A stretch of 47,818 nucleotides of DNA from Candidatus Latescibacterota bacterium (GTDB lineage: Bacteria > Latescibacterota > UBA2968), in the NCBI GenBank assembly GCA_038279365.1, contig JAYODI010000040.1, positions 1-47,818 of the forward strand, written 5' to 3'. Positions 39,565 through 47,818 of the stretch are shown one piece after another. The notes below the pieces were generated by a model. It saw nothing but the letters and a program-made list of their open reading frames with translations. It did no database searches and was not told where the DNA came from. The position numbers and the translations under genes are program-made. Position 1 is the first letter of the stretch. Every line of letters starts with the position of its first letter.

Positions 39565-39593
39565 ATTTTAGGAAAGTTGATATTGGGGGTCAA
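39565..39593 (-). promoter_or_regulatory. Sigma70 promoter driving the structured leader/sRNA upstream of ABC-F
   Basis: Minus strand TTGACC-cccaatatcaactttcc(17)-TAAAAT. Confidence 0.65.
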
Positions 39594-39697
39594 GAGAATT
39601 ATTTTTAAAAGGTGCTTATTTGACCCCTGATGCAAATAGGGCCTATATTTTAAAGATATTTTTTTCTAAAATGTGTACTGTCACAACGGGTTATGGC

Positions 39698-41839
39698 GTG
39701 AAAAATAAATTGCTTATATCAGATTGGGTTTTGATGGGGTTATTGGGGTTATTCTATTTGAGTTTTGTAGGATATTTGCTTCCCATTGGCTCTGACGATT
39801 TGCGCATGACCAATGTCTTTTCGATAGATGAGTCTGATATTGTCATGCATGTTTGGAATGTGTATGTGACCGATTTTAATTTGTCACCATCTTTTAAATA
39901 TGGTGGGGTTTTTTATTTGATTCCGGTGGGGATGTTGCATGTTTGGTCTATATTTTTTGATGGGTCTGAGCAAGCGGCAGTGATTGCGGTTCGATTGTAT
40001 TGCAGTTTGGCGGGGGTGGGATGTCTTTGGCTGACCTATCTTTTGGGGCGTTTAATCTTTCAGGGGATGGTGGGGGTGCTGGCGGCTTATATGCTTGGTT
40101 TAAACCCTACCTTTTTGAGATGGGCCATCGAATCGCATCCTGATTTACCACAGTTATTTTTTTTATTGATCAGTTTGTTTTTTATTTGTCGTTATGTACA
40201 TCGTCCCATACTAAAAAATTTGATATGGGCTTCATTGGGCGCGGGTTTGGCTTTTGCTACCAAGTATGCAGGTATTTTTCTTATGCCTGTGTTGGCTTTG
40301 GCCGTGTACCAGTCTTTTCCGTCTGAAGGGTGGTTTGGGCGATTAAAATTACGCACAATTTGGGTGCATTGGGGCGTGCTGATGGGTGTGTTTTGTGGGA
40401 TTTTTTTGCTCACAAATCCATCGGTTTTAACGCACTTTACCCTATTTGTAAGCAGTTTGCAGAGCGAAAAAGAGATTATGGCTTTTGGGCATCGGGTGCG
40501 TGATCCGGCAGATGCGTTGTTGTGGTTGCAAATGGTGGTCACACAAGTTGGTGTTGTGCCGATGTGTGTGGCGCTGGTGGGTGGTGGGGTGTGGTTGTTG
40601 TGGTATCGGGAAGTGTTAAAGACTGAGCATGTTCTTGCTTTGATTTGGGTGGGTGTTTTTTTGTGCTACCTGATGGTAGAATCCAATTTGAAAAGAACAC
40701 GCCATTTGTTACCCATATTGCCTGTCATTTGGATATTTGTTGCGGCCTCGTTTTGTTTTTTGTGGTCATTGATACAAGAACGGTTCTCGTTTAAAAAGTA
40801 CATGCATTTTGTTTTGGTTGTTGTTGTAGTGGGTATGCATGGGCCTCAGATGCGTGCTTCTTCAACTTTATTTGAACAAAAAAAGACACGCGAATCAGAT
40901 CGGGTCGAAATTGCAGCAGGACGTTGGTTGGCAGAAACCTATCCAACCAACAGTCGGATTCTTTTTGATGCATATTCTTATGTACCCAGTGTGTTTGAAT
41001 ATGTGTTCCGATCTGTGGGGATGACATATTTGGACGTGATCCATTTTGAACCCGATGTGTTGGTGATTCGGGATGCGATTGTTTCTGATTTTTCAAACCT
41101 CGAAGAAGCAACCTCGGCACGCATTGGAGAGGTGGGTTTTAAAGATTGCCATTATTTTTATAAATATTTACAGGAAGGCAAGTTTACCGACTATCGTTTA
41201 AAGAAAGATTTTGGGAGTGTGGCCATTTATGAACGAACCATACCAAAAGTACGCGATGATAAAGACCTCAAGACCTTGTGGTTACAGTTGCTTTCTGATT
41301 ATATGAAGCAAAGGCGCTATGGTGTTGTGGAAGCCTATTGGACAATGGGCTATTTGCATCAGCAGGAAGGGTTGGAGGACATGGCGGCACAAGATTTTGC
41401 ACGTGCCCAGAAATCGCAGAATTTTACCAAACGTATTTATACCCATGGCACACGCTTGTTGAAGTATGGTCACATTCAAGAAGCAAAACAGGTGTTTCAG
41501 GCGGCATTGCATGCAGCACAGGAAGAGTCGATGGCTTTTCAAGCGGGCATGAGAGAAGATTTGGCGTATCGCTTTTTTGATGCCCAATTGTATGATGAAA
41601 TGCTCAAGACCGCACAAGAAGCCTTAGAGATGGCAGACAATTTGCCGGTGGCCGCTTTTGAAGTGGCTGGGGCATATTTGGCCTTAGGCAATTTGGATTT
41701 GGGAAAAGCGGCATTTGATCAGGCCATTTTGCGTTTTGGCTCTCATGAAAAAGGCAAAGTTTTGCTACAACTTTTACTTGCCCGACATATTGCGCCAGAT
41801 GTGGTGGGTAAGCTCAATGATCAATATTATGGGCAATAG
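39698..41839 (+). CDS. GT-C fold (ArnT/PMT-like) membrane glycosyltransferase with C-terminal TPR-like helices
   Basis: DE motif in the first loop (SIDES), HPD, GLAFATKY, NP and RHLLPILP; about 11 TMs; helical-repeat C-terminus. Start uncertain (GTG 39698 or ATG 39671). Confidence 0.78.
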   Translation: MKNKLLISDWVLMGLLGLFYLSFVGYLLPIGSDDLRMTNVFSIDESDIVMHVWNVYVTDFNLSPSFKYGGVFYLIPVGMLHVWSIFFDGSEQAAVIAVRLYCSLAGVGCLWLTYLLGRLIFQGMVGVLAAYMLGLNPTFLRWAIESHPDLPQLFFLLISLFFICRYVHRPILKNLIWASLGAGLAFATKYAGIFLMPVLALAVYQSFPSEGWFGRLKLRTIWVHWGVLMGVFCGIFLLTNPSVLTHFTLFVSSLQSEKEIMAFGHRVRDPADALLWLQMVVTQVGVVPMCVALVGGGVWLLWYREVLKTEHVLALIWVGVFLCYLMVESNLKRTRHLLPILPVIWIFVAASFCFLWSLIQERFSFKKYMHFVLVVVVVGMHGPQMRASSTLFEQKKTRESDRVEIAAGRWLAETYPTNSRILFDAYSYVPSVFEYVFRSVGMTYLDVIHFEPDVLVIRDAIVSDFSNLEEATSARIGEVGFKDCHYFYKYLQEGKFTDYRLKKDFGSVAIYERTIPKVRDDKDLKTLWLQLLSDYMKQRRYGVVEAYWTMGYLHQQEGLEDMAAQDFARAQKSQNFTKRIYTHGTRLLKYGHIQEAKQVFQAALHAAQEESMAFQAGMREDLAYRFFDAQLYDEMLKTAQEALEMADNLPVAAFEVAGAYLALGNLDLGKAAFDQAILRFGSHEKGKVLLQLLLARHIAPDVVGKLNDQYYGQ

Positions 41840-41891
41840 ATATAGGGTGATGCTCTAATTTTTAAGGGCACAAGAAATTTGTGAGGTTGTG

Positions 41892-42281
41892 ATGGCAGAG
41901 GATATTCAAAAAAGAGATCCCGCTATACGGATCATGTTATTGCCCAAAGATACCAATGGATATGGCACTATTTTTGGCGGGGCCATATTGAGTCATTTGG
42001 ATTTGGCGGGTGCTATTGAGGCTGGTAAGCATCGCAATTGTCGCATGGTCACTGTGGCTATGAATCGCGTTGCGTTTATTGCGCCTGTTTTTGTGGGAGA
42101 TGTGGTGTCTTTTTATGCCCAAACCACACGTGTGGGCAATACTTCGGTGACCGTGTTTATTGATGTAGAAGCAGATCGGGCAGATGATTCTGGCATGATA
42201 CAGGTTGCAGAAGCTGAGGTGGTGTATGTGGCAGTTGATGATAGGGGAAAGCCCATTTCCATTGTTGATCGGAATACGTGA
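41892..42281 (+). CDS. Acyl-CoA thioesterase (hotdog fold, YciA-like)
   Basis: LPKDTNGYGTIFGGAILSHLDLAG, VTVAM, PVFVGD, VGNTS and YVAVDDRGKP. Confidence 0.93.
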   Translation: MAEDIQKRDPAIRIMLLPKDTNGYGTIFGGAILSHLDLAGAIEAGKHRNCRMVTVAMNRVAFIAPVFVGDVVSFYAQTTRVGNTSVTVFIDVEADRADDSGMIQVAEAEVVYVAVDDRGKPISIVDRNT

Positions 42282-42306
42282 TACGTGGACAGACCGGGAT
42301 TGTATG

Positions 42307-42341
42307 AAAAAAGGCCTTCGACTAAAGTCGAAGGCCTTTTT
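42307..42341. terminator. Bidirectional intrinsic terminator
   Basis: A6-GGCCTTCGACT-AA-AGTCGAAGGCC-T5. Confidence 0.88.
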
Positions 42342-42366
42342 GGTTTGTCATATGTATTGAAATATA

Positions 42367-43176
42367 TTACGTGCGAGCGTTGTTGAGGGTTTCGCGAAGG
42401 CTTTCGGCTGATTGTCTGGCCGCTTGGGCAAAGTCTTTGCCATTTGAGGCATAGAGAATACTGCGTGAGGCATTGACCAAGATGCCCCCGCCATTGGCAT
42501 CCAAACCATTTTTGACGGTGGCCTCGGCATCGCCGCCTTGAGAGCCCACACCAGGTAATAAGAGTGGTAAGTCTGTTGCGATGCTTCGGACTTTGATCAA
42601 GTCTTCTGGATGGGTGGCCCCGACAACCAATCCACACGGACCAATTTGATTCCAGGTTACAGACTTTTGAGCCAGAATCTCAAAGAGCACCCCTTGGTCT
42701 GTATTGAGCCGCAACACATCTGCCGAACCTGGGTTGGAGGTGAGGCATAAAAGAAATGCACAACCATTTTTGTAAACCAAGAAAGGTTCAATGGCATCTG
42801 TGCCCATAAGCGGGTTTACGGTGATGGCATCAACACCCAATTGGTCGTAGGCCATACGTGCATATTGTGTGGCAGTGTTGCCAATATCGCCAGCTTTGAA
42901 GTCGAGTAAGATGGGGATATGCTCTGGGATGGCTTTGATGGTATTTTGAAGGGCTTGCCAGCCAGCTTGTCCGTGTGCTCCAAAAAATGCAAAGTTGGGC
43001 TTAAACGTACAGGCGATATCTTTGGTCGCTGATACTATTTCTTTAAGAAATGAGGTTATGGGATCTGGTGTGCCTTTAAGGTGTTCGGGGATGTGTTCCG
43101 GGTCGGGGTCAAGCCCAACGCAGACAAAGCTGTTGTTTTGGGTGACTGCGGTATCAAATTTCTGACGAAAGGTCAT
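42367..43176 (-). CDS. pyrF: Orotidine-5'-phosphate decarboxylase (type 2)
   Basis: CVGLDPD, KPNFAFF, DFKAGDIGNT (DxKxxD), TSNPGS, VVGAT, PGVGSQGG and NASRSILYA. Confidence 0.96.
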   Translation of the reverse strand: MTFRQKFDTAVTQNNSFVCVGLDPDPEHIPEHLKGTPDPITSFLKEIVSATKDIACTFKPNFAFFGAHGQAGWQALQNTIKAIPEHIPILLDFKAGDIGNTATQYARMAYDQLGVDAITVNPLMGTDAIEPFLVYKNGCAFLLCLTSNPGSADVLRLNTDQGVLFEILAQKSVTWNQIGPCGLVVGATHPEDLIKVRSIATDLPLLLPGVGSQGGDAEATVKNGLDANGGGILVNASRSILYASNGKDFAQAARQSAESLRETLNNART

Positions 43177-43231
43177 AGGGTTCCTTTCTTTGGTGCGTGA
43201 ATGTGGCCATGAAGTTTCTTTTGCGCATAGG

Positions 43232-43266
43232 AACGGCGGACCCTTTGGTAGAGTCCGCCGTTTTGT
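43232..43266 (-). terminator. Hairpin after rnpB (terminator-like)
   Basis: AACGGCGGAC…GTCCGCCGTT inverted repeat directly 3' of RNase P RNA; the U tract is poor on the minus strand. Confidence 0.55.
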
Positions 43267-43271
43267 TGTTT

Positions 43272-43633
43272 AAGCGAGCCGATAAGCCGAGTTCTGTCAT
43301 TCGATTTCCCGAATGGATGACCATTTATCTGGGGCATTGGTTACCCAATACCTCGTGCAGCCAACCCGAGCGTGATAACGAGGCGGGCCACCTCATCCGC
43401 TCCTATTTGGCCTTGCTCCAAATGGGGTTTACCGTGCCGTGTTTGTCGCCAAACACGCGGTGGGCTCTTACCCCGCCGTTTCACCCTTGCCCGCAGTGCT
43501 TTTAAGCACCCGTTGGCGGTCTGTTCTCTGTTGCACTTTCCGTCGGGTTACCCCGCCTGGGCGTTACCCAGCATTTTGCCCTGTGGAGCTCGGACTTTCC
43601 TCACCGATTAAGGCGCGATCACCTGGCTCGCTT
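43272..43633 (-). ncRNA. rnpB: RNase P RNA, bacterial type A
   Basis: Reverse complement has GAGGAAAGTCCGAGCTC, GAAAGTGCAACAGA, AAGGGTGAAACGG…GGTAAGAGC, GGTAAACCCC…GAGCAAG and ACAGAACTCGGCTTA; P1 AAGCGAGCC/GGCTCGCTT. Confidence 0.97.
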
Positions 43634-43719
43634 ATTTTTTAAATATCTGTTTGCTGTTCTTTTTGTTTTGTTAGACCGTCTTGTGTCGTTTTTGGATTCA
43701 GCCACAAAAGGCACTGTGG

Positions 43720-44445
43720 TTAGGCAGAGTGATCTTCAGATTCGACCCACACCAAAATGCGCCCACAGTTTTCACAGCGCATCAGGGTATCTCCTCTGCG
43801 TGCTTCAACCATGCGTTGGGGGGCCAACTGCCGAAAACACCCGCCACAAGAGTTTTTGAGCACGGCAACAACCGCCACACCACCTTTGACCACACGACGA
43901 ATGCGGTTGTATTGATTTAATGGCCGACGTTCAACATTGGGTTCGATGGCTGAGCGCTTTTTTTCCCAACCTTTCACATGGGTTTCAACAGAGTTGAGCT
44001 TGGCGGTCAGTTCTTCAATGCGTTCATTGCGTTCTTTTTCGAGTTCTTTGAAATATTCACGATCGCCTTCAAGCTTTGATGTGATATTTTCAACCGACTC
44101 AATGGTCTCAAGAATTAAACTCTCTTGCTCATTTTTGCGAATGGTGAGGGCTTCAATTTCGTGCTGGACGGCATCATATTCGCGGTTGGTTGTTATTTCA
44201 TTGAGACGTTCTTGGTGTTTTTGAAGATCTTGATTAACGGCTTCAAGGTCTCGTTCGAGCGTTCGCCGATTCTTTTCCAATTCTTCAGACTGCTTCTGTT
44301 TGGTATCTAAGTGATCCCGCGCAATCTTGAGTTCGTTTTGCAACTGTTCAATTTCGCTTGGGAAGTCATTTTGTGATTGTCGAAGAACGTCGATTTCTTT
44401 GTCTATTTCTTGGAGCTCGAGCAACTTAAACAGACTTTCTCTCAT
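43720..44445 (-). CDS. Coiled-coil C4 zinc-ribbon protein (DUF164 / CT398-like)
   Basis: LLELQEID start, long coiled coil with REYDA, YNRIRR, CGGC…CENCGRIL; usual neighbour of rnpB. Confidence 0.92.
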   Translation of the reverse strand: MRESLFKLLELQEIDKEIDVLRQSQNDFPSEIEQLQNELKIARDHLDTKQKQSEELEKNRRTLERDLEAVNQDLQKHQERLNEITTNREYDAVQHEIEALTIRKNEQESLILETIESVENITSKLEGDREYFKELEKERNERIEELTAKLNSVETHVKGWEKKRSAIEPNVERRPLNQYNRIRRVVKGGVAVVAVLKNSCGGCFRQLAPQRMVEARRGDTLMRCENCGRILVWVESEDHSA

Positions 44446-44482
44446 TCGGTGGTTCTCCCTTGGGGTGAATTGGCATGCAGAC

Positions 44483-44520
44483 AAAAAAGTAAGGTGCACC
44501 TTAGAGTAGATGCACCTTAC
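44483..44520 (-). terminator. Intrinsic terminator after tRNA-Val
   Basis: Minus strand GTAAGGTGCATCT-loop-AGGTGCACCTTAC-TTTTTT. Confidence 0.82.
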
Positions 44521-44582
44521 CATCTTGCAGTTATTCTGCGGTTTTTAAACTCCCCAATTGGTTCTTAGATAGGGGGATAGAA

Positions 44583-44659
44583 TGGTGGGCGATGGCAGAC
44601 TTGAACTGCCGACCTCTGGTATGTGAAACCAGCACTCTAACCAGCTGAGCTAATCGCCC
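44583..44659 (-). tRNA. tRNA-Val(CAC)
   Basis: Reverse complement GGGCGATTAGCTCAGCTGGTTAGAGTG-CTGGT-TT-CAC-AT-ACCAG…GTTCAAGTC…ATCGCCCACCA. Confidence 0.97.
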
Positions 44660-45061
44660 ACAAACTGTTTGTAACGCACGATAAGCGCGTTTACACGATG
44701 TATTCATATGCAGAATAAGTAAAAGCTTTCGGTTTGGGTAGACGTGATTAATTAACAAAAGATGGTTTTACATGTCAAGTGCCAAGTGTAGATGGGGCGG
44801 TGCGGGCTTCATCTGGCAAGGTGAGGGATGCCTGGATTATGCAGATTTTATCAATGAAACACTTATCAATGCGATTTGCCCTGATTCATTGATATTTGGG
44901 GGAAGCACCTTAAGAAATGTCTCTAATTGTGGGAGATAATGATATGTTATCTGTTTTGAATAGGGTATGTGGTGCAGGGCGCTTTGTCAAGTCTGAGATT
45001 TTTTTGATTTTCGGACTTGCCAAAAAAACGGTTTTGTATATATTAAGTCTCCATATGTGGT

Positions 45062-45136
45062 GACCCCGTCGTTCAGTGGTTAGGACACCGGGTTTTCATC
45101 CCGGCAACGGGGGTTCGACTCCCCTCGGGGTTACCA
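45062..45136 (+). tRNA. tRNA-Glu(TTC)
   Basis: GACCCCG…CCGGG-TT-TTC-AT-CCCGG…GGTTCGACTCC…CGGGGTT-A-CCA cloverleaf. Confidence 0.97.
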
Positions 45137-45177
45137 ATTAAATGTAAATAATGGTTTTTAATGTGTTTGCATGTATT

Positions 45178-45216
45178 AAGGGCTACAAAGGTTTCTGACC
45201 TTTGTAGCCCTTTTTC
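45178..45216. terminator. Intrinsic terminator after tRNA-Glu
   Basis: AAGGGCTACAAAGGT-loop-ACCTTTGTAGCCCTT-TTT. Confidence 0.88.
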
Positions 45217-45279
45217 GTTTTTTATGGATGATTTACGGAGGTTTCTTTTTGAAACCTGTAGAAAATTATTTGATGCTGA

Positions 45280-46323
45280 TTATTCACAACCGGTTACAAA
45301 ACGTTGGGCAAAAACCAAAAAATCACCAAGGCCAACCGTACCATCTTCATCTAAATCAAAACGTCGGTTATTGGTACCGAAATTTTCTGCAAAAAGAAAG
45401 AAGTCACGAAAATCGATTTCACCGCTGCCGTCGAAATCTTCTACACATCCTTCTGATATTTCCACTGATGATTTTGGGTCTATGGTTTCAAATCCTTCAG
45501 CACCTTTTCGCCGTAACTCTGCAAAAGATGACGTGATATTTGTTGTTAAAAAAGTTGGGGCCACACGAAAGGTGACGGTGCCAATGAGGCTTGTATCGGT
45601 CTGAATGGTTTCTCCCAAGGTTGCAACCCCAATTTCGATGTAGCGTGGATTTTCGCTTAGCTTCTCTCCTGGGGAAACAAAGTTTTCTGGGGCTTTAAAG
45701 TTAGAAAACTCAAGTTTGGTAGGGTCATAAGCTAACCGAACGGTTACGCCGACGGCACCTTGTAGTTTGACACCCCTGATTTCAACGGCAACCGAATCAC
45801 CTGATGTTGCTCTGGGTGGGTCTGCTGTTAATAGGATACCAAATAGGGGAATTGTATTTGGGTCCAGCGTGATAAAGGTGCCCGGGGAGGTTTGAACGCT
45901 TAGGTTCGTTTGGTTTTCGTGAAAGGCTTTTATGTCTCCACCAAATGTGATTGATGAATTTCCCAATGGGGCATTTTCTTTGATATTGAATCGGACAACG
46001 ACCAATACGCCTTCTGTCTGTTTTGCTTTTGTCGGACCTGCGATTACGGCTTTAACCGATCCCAGCTCATTTATATTGCCATTTACGAGGAAGCTTGATG
46101 CCAAAGAATGGCTGCCCGCTACCACCTCTGTCGCTGTGAGTACATTTTGGTCATATTTAATTTCAAATTGTCCCCCCGCATAACCATCTCCATCGCGTAG
46201 CCAGACTTTTACTTCAACACTTTTTGCTCCCTGAACACCTGAGGTATCAGAAATTTCATACCGTGCTGCATGTAAGTTGGCTGTGTGAAGCAATATAAAT
46301 AAAAGGATTGTAACCCTTGCCAT
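45280..46323 (-). CDS. Exported protein: two cohesin-like domains + C-terminal paired EF-hand dockerin-like module
   Basis: Signal peptide; GGQFEIKYDQNVL…GVLVVVRFNIKENAPLG and GVTVRLAYDPTKLEF…IGTVTFRV cohesin signatures; DFDGSGEIDFRDF…DLDEDGTVGLGDF. Confidence 0.82.
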   Translation of the reverse strand: MARVTILLFILLHTANLHAARYEISDTSGVQGAKSVEVKVWLRDGDGYAGGQFEIKYDQNVLTATEVVAGSHSLASSFLVNGNINELGSVKAVIAGPTKAKQTEGVLVVVRFNIKENAPLGNSSITFGGDIKAFHENQTNLSVQTSPGTFITLDPNTIPLFGILLTADPPRATSGDSVAVEIRGVKLQGAVGVTVRLAYDPTKLEFSNFKAPENFVSPGEKLSENPRYIEIGVATLGETIQTDTSLIGTVTFRVAPTFLTTNITSSFAELRRKGAEGFETIDPKSSVEISEGCVEDFDGSGEIDFRDFFLFAENFGTNNRRFDLDEDGTVGLGDFLVFAQRFVTGCE

Positions 46324-46353
46324 CAGGAACCTCTCTGATATGGTCTCACGTTT

Positions 46354-47397
46354 TTATTTGTTTTCTAAAGGAAAACGGTCTATGAGGGCGACGATGCGCT
46401 GGAGAATCAAAATTGCATCTCGTGAATCTATTGTGCCATCTCCATTTACGTCAGCGCTTGTGATTTGGTCTTTGGTGAGTGCTTCCAATTGAACAATAGA
46501 TCTCAATGTTAAAATTGCATCTCGTGAATCAATGTGGCCATCCGCATTCACATCTCCCAATAACTGGTTGGGGGATGTCGGAAAATAGAAAGCCATATCT
46601 TGTATCCATCCGCCTTTGGAATTCACAGATATGACTTCTCTCATATTGCTTCCATCTATATTGGCCACGTATAAGGTCGATACTTCACTTCTGGGAACGG
46701 ATTTGGACGTCCAATAAATTTTTTGATTGCTTTCATCTATGGCAAGTCCACGGATATTTAAAAGACCATCCTTCAGGAAGTTTTCTAATTGGGGTCCATC
46801 GCGGTTTACACGCCAAATTGCATTGGCTACAATATCTATCCAATAAACTTTTTTGGATTGTGGCGCAAAAATTAAATCTTCGAGAGAAATATTGTCGGTA
46901 ATGGTTGAGACTGCGTTGTTAACTGTGCTGTCTGTAGATATCGATTGTATCGATTTGCCAGTGGTGCCATAGAGTCTTTGGGTCTCGTGTTCAAAAGCCA
47001 GTCGTTTGAAAATGTGAGATGAAACGGTATCGATTTGACCGCTTTCTATATCAAGGCAAAGCATAGGGGAGGTAAGGTATATTTTCTTTTTTGCAGTATC
47101 AAGAGTCATATCAGTAATTTGGAATCCCTCAAATATCTGTTTTGGGTTGCCTCCGTCCAAATTAGAACGCCAAACTTGCCTTTGCGTGCTCCAATAGAGA
47201 TGTTGTGGAATGGGATCAATGGCTATGGCTGTTAAGCTATCAATGCCAGTAAGAATCTGCTTTGGATTGGTGCCATTTGCCTCTCCTTGCCATATGGTCG
47301 TTGTATCTGCCCAATACAACTTGGCTTGGGCCAGAATCGGTTGTGCCGTTCCGGCTAGGACAATGAGAAGCAGGCAAACGTGTAAAATGGGTCTCAT
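46354..47397 (-). CDS. Exported YWTD/LDL-receptor-class-B-like beta-propeller with C-terminal type-I-like dockerin
   Basis: Signal peptide; repeats KLYWAD, HLYWST, KIYLTS, RLYGTT, KVYWID, KIYWTS with xNxDG turns; GDVNADGHIDSRDA…ADVNGDGTIDSRDA. Confidence 0.85.
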   Translation of the reverse strand: MRPILHVCLLLIVLAGTAQPILAQAKLYWADTTTIWQGEANGTNPKQILTGIDSLTAIAIDPIPQHLYWSTQRQVWRSNLDGGNPKQIFEGFQITDMTLDTAKKKIYLTSPMLCLDIESGQIDTVSSHIFKRLAFEHETQRLYGTTGKSIQSISTDSTVNNAVSTITDNISLEDLIFAPQSKKVYWIDIVANAIWRVNRDGPQLENFLKDGLLNIRGLAIDESNQKIYWTSKSVPRSEVSTLYVANIDGSNMREVISVNSKGGWIQDMAFYFPTSPNQLLGDVNADGHIDSRDAILTLRSIVQLEALTKDQITSADVNGDGTIDSRDAILILQRIVALIDRFPLENK

Positions 47398-47818
47398 AGA
47401 AGGTTACCTACTCATCTGGTATATTTACTTAAAGGTGTGTTTGCCACCTGATTTTCGGTGTAAAGACAATCGTGTTTGATGTTCTCTTTAAGCAATTATT
47501 GCGTAGAGTTGGTTGGGATTTGCTTCATACTATACTTATCGGGGCATAAATGAATCCAATATGCCATATTTATTTATAAGGTAAGGCAGGATAATAGGCC
47601 GCCCCCTTTACTTATGTATCGGCAAATAATAACCAAGTTTAAGATAATAAGCTCAGGGCGATAAAGGTTTTTTTCTTTAAAAAAGAAATGGAGAGGCAAT
47701 GAAAGACTGTTTAGCCTTATTGTCATACATCTGAGGCAAACATATGCCAAACATATAAGACTTGATTGAGTCCGTAAGTTTCTGTAAAAAGCAAAAAGTC
47801 ACCGTAGCTCCGAGAAAA

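Noticed and set aside
43197..43642. Several plus-strand ORFs (102, 79 and 67 aa)
   Set aside because: They are antisense to RNase P RNA, a known source of false ORFs.
44531..44758. 75-aa ORF on the minus strand
   Set aside because: It overlaps tRNA-Val; no RBS or recognisable motif.
45062..45136. G1:U72 wobble in the tRNA-Glu acceptor stem
   Set aside because: The rest of the cloverleaf, CCA end, promoter and terminator are intact; treated as a tolerated variant and not a pseudogene.
47699..47734. GGAGAGG RBS followed by ATG (MKDCLALLSYI*)
   Set aside because: Only 11 codons near the window edge, with no supporting context.

Overview
A 47.8-kb bacterial chromosomal segment of moderate GC, mostly core genome. 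Gene content points to a diderm of the FCB superphylum, most plausibly Candidatus Latescibacterota (inference from bamA/skp/lolA together with mcsA-mcsB-clpC, lamin-tail/FlgD-Ig proteins and a DFDGxGxIDFxDFFLFAxxFG C-terminal module). Left part: a five-gene hydrolase cluster (S1/P1-like nuclease, HAL2-type PAP phosphatase, heparinase II/III-like, M14 peptidase, DUF309), an enolase-superfamily enzyme, an RhlE-like helicase, tRNA-Ala, ligA, a Cys-repeat exported protein, a DGGGP-synthase-like UbiA prenyltransferase overlapping a bacterial XPB helicase, and a GltP-family symporter. Centre: tsaD, a VWA/GATase-like protein, a lamin-tail protein, ftsK-lolA-prfB (+1 frameshift)-lysS-lolD-mcsA-mcsB-clpC-bamA-skp-fabZ. 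Right part: a response regulator, an ABC-F ATPase, a GT-C glycosyltransferase, a thioesterase, pyrF, RNase P RNA, a zinc-ribbon protein, tRNA-Val and tRNA-Glu. The window ends in a two-gene exported cohesin-dockerin module (YWTD-like beta-propeller with a type-I-like dockerin, followed by a two-cohesin protein with a different dockerin-like tail). No CRISPR array, integrase or transposase was seen. Best leads: the non-cellulosomal adaptor-scaffoldin pair, an attenuator/riboswitch-like leader upstream of the ABC-F gene, and the monocistronic Cys-repeat protein. All product calls come from motif recognition by eye; no database search was run.
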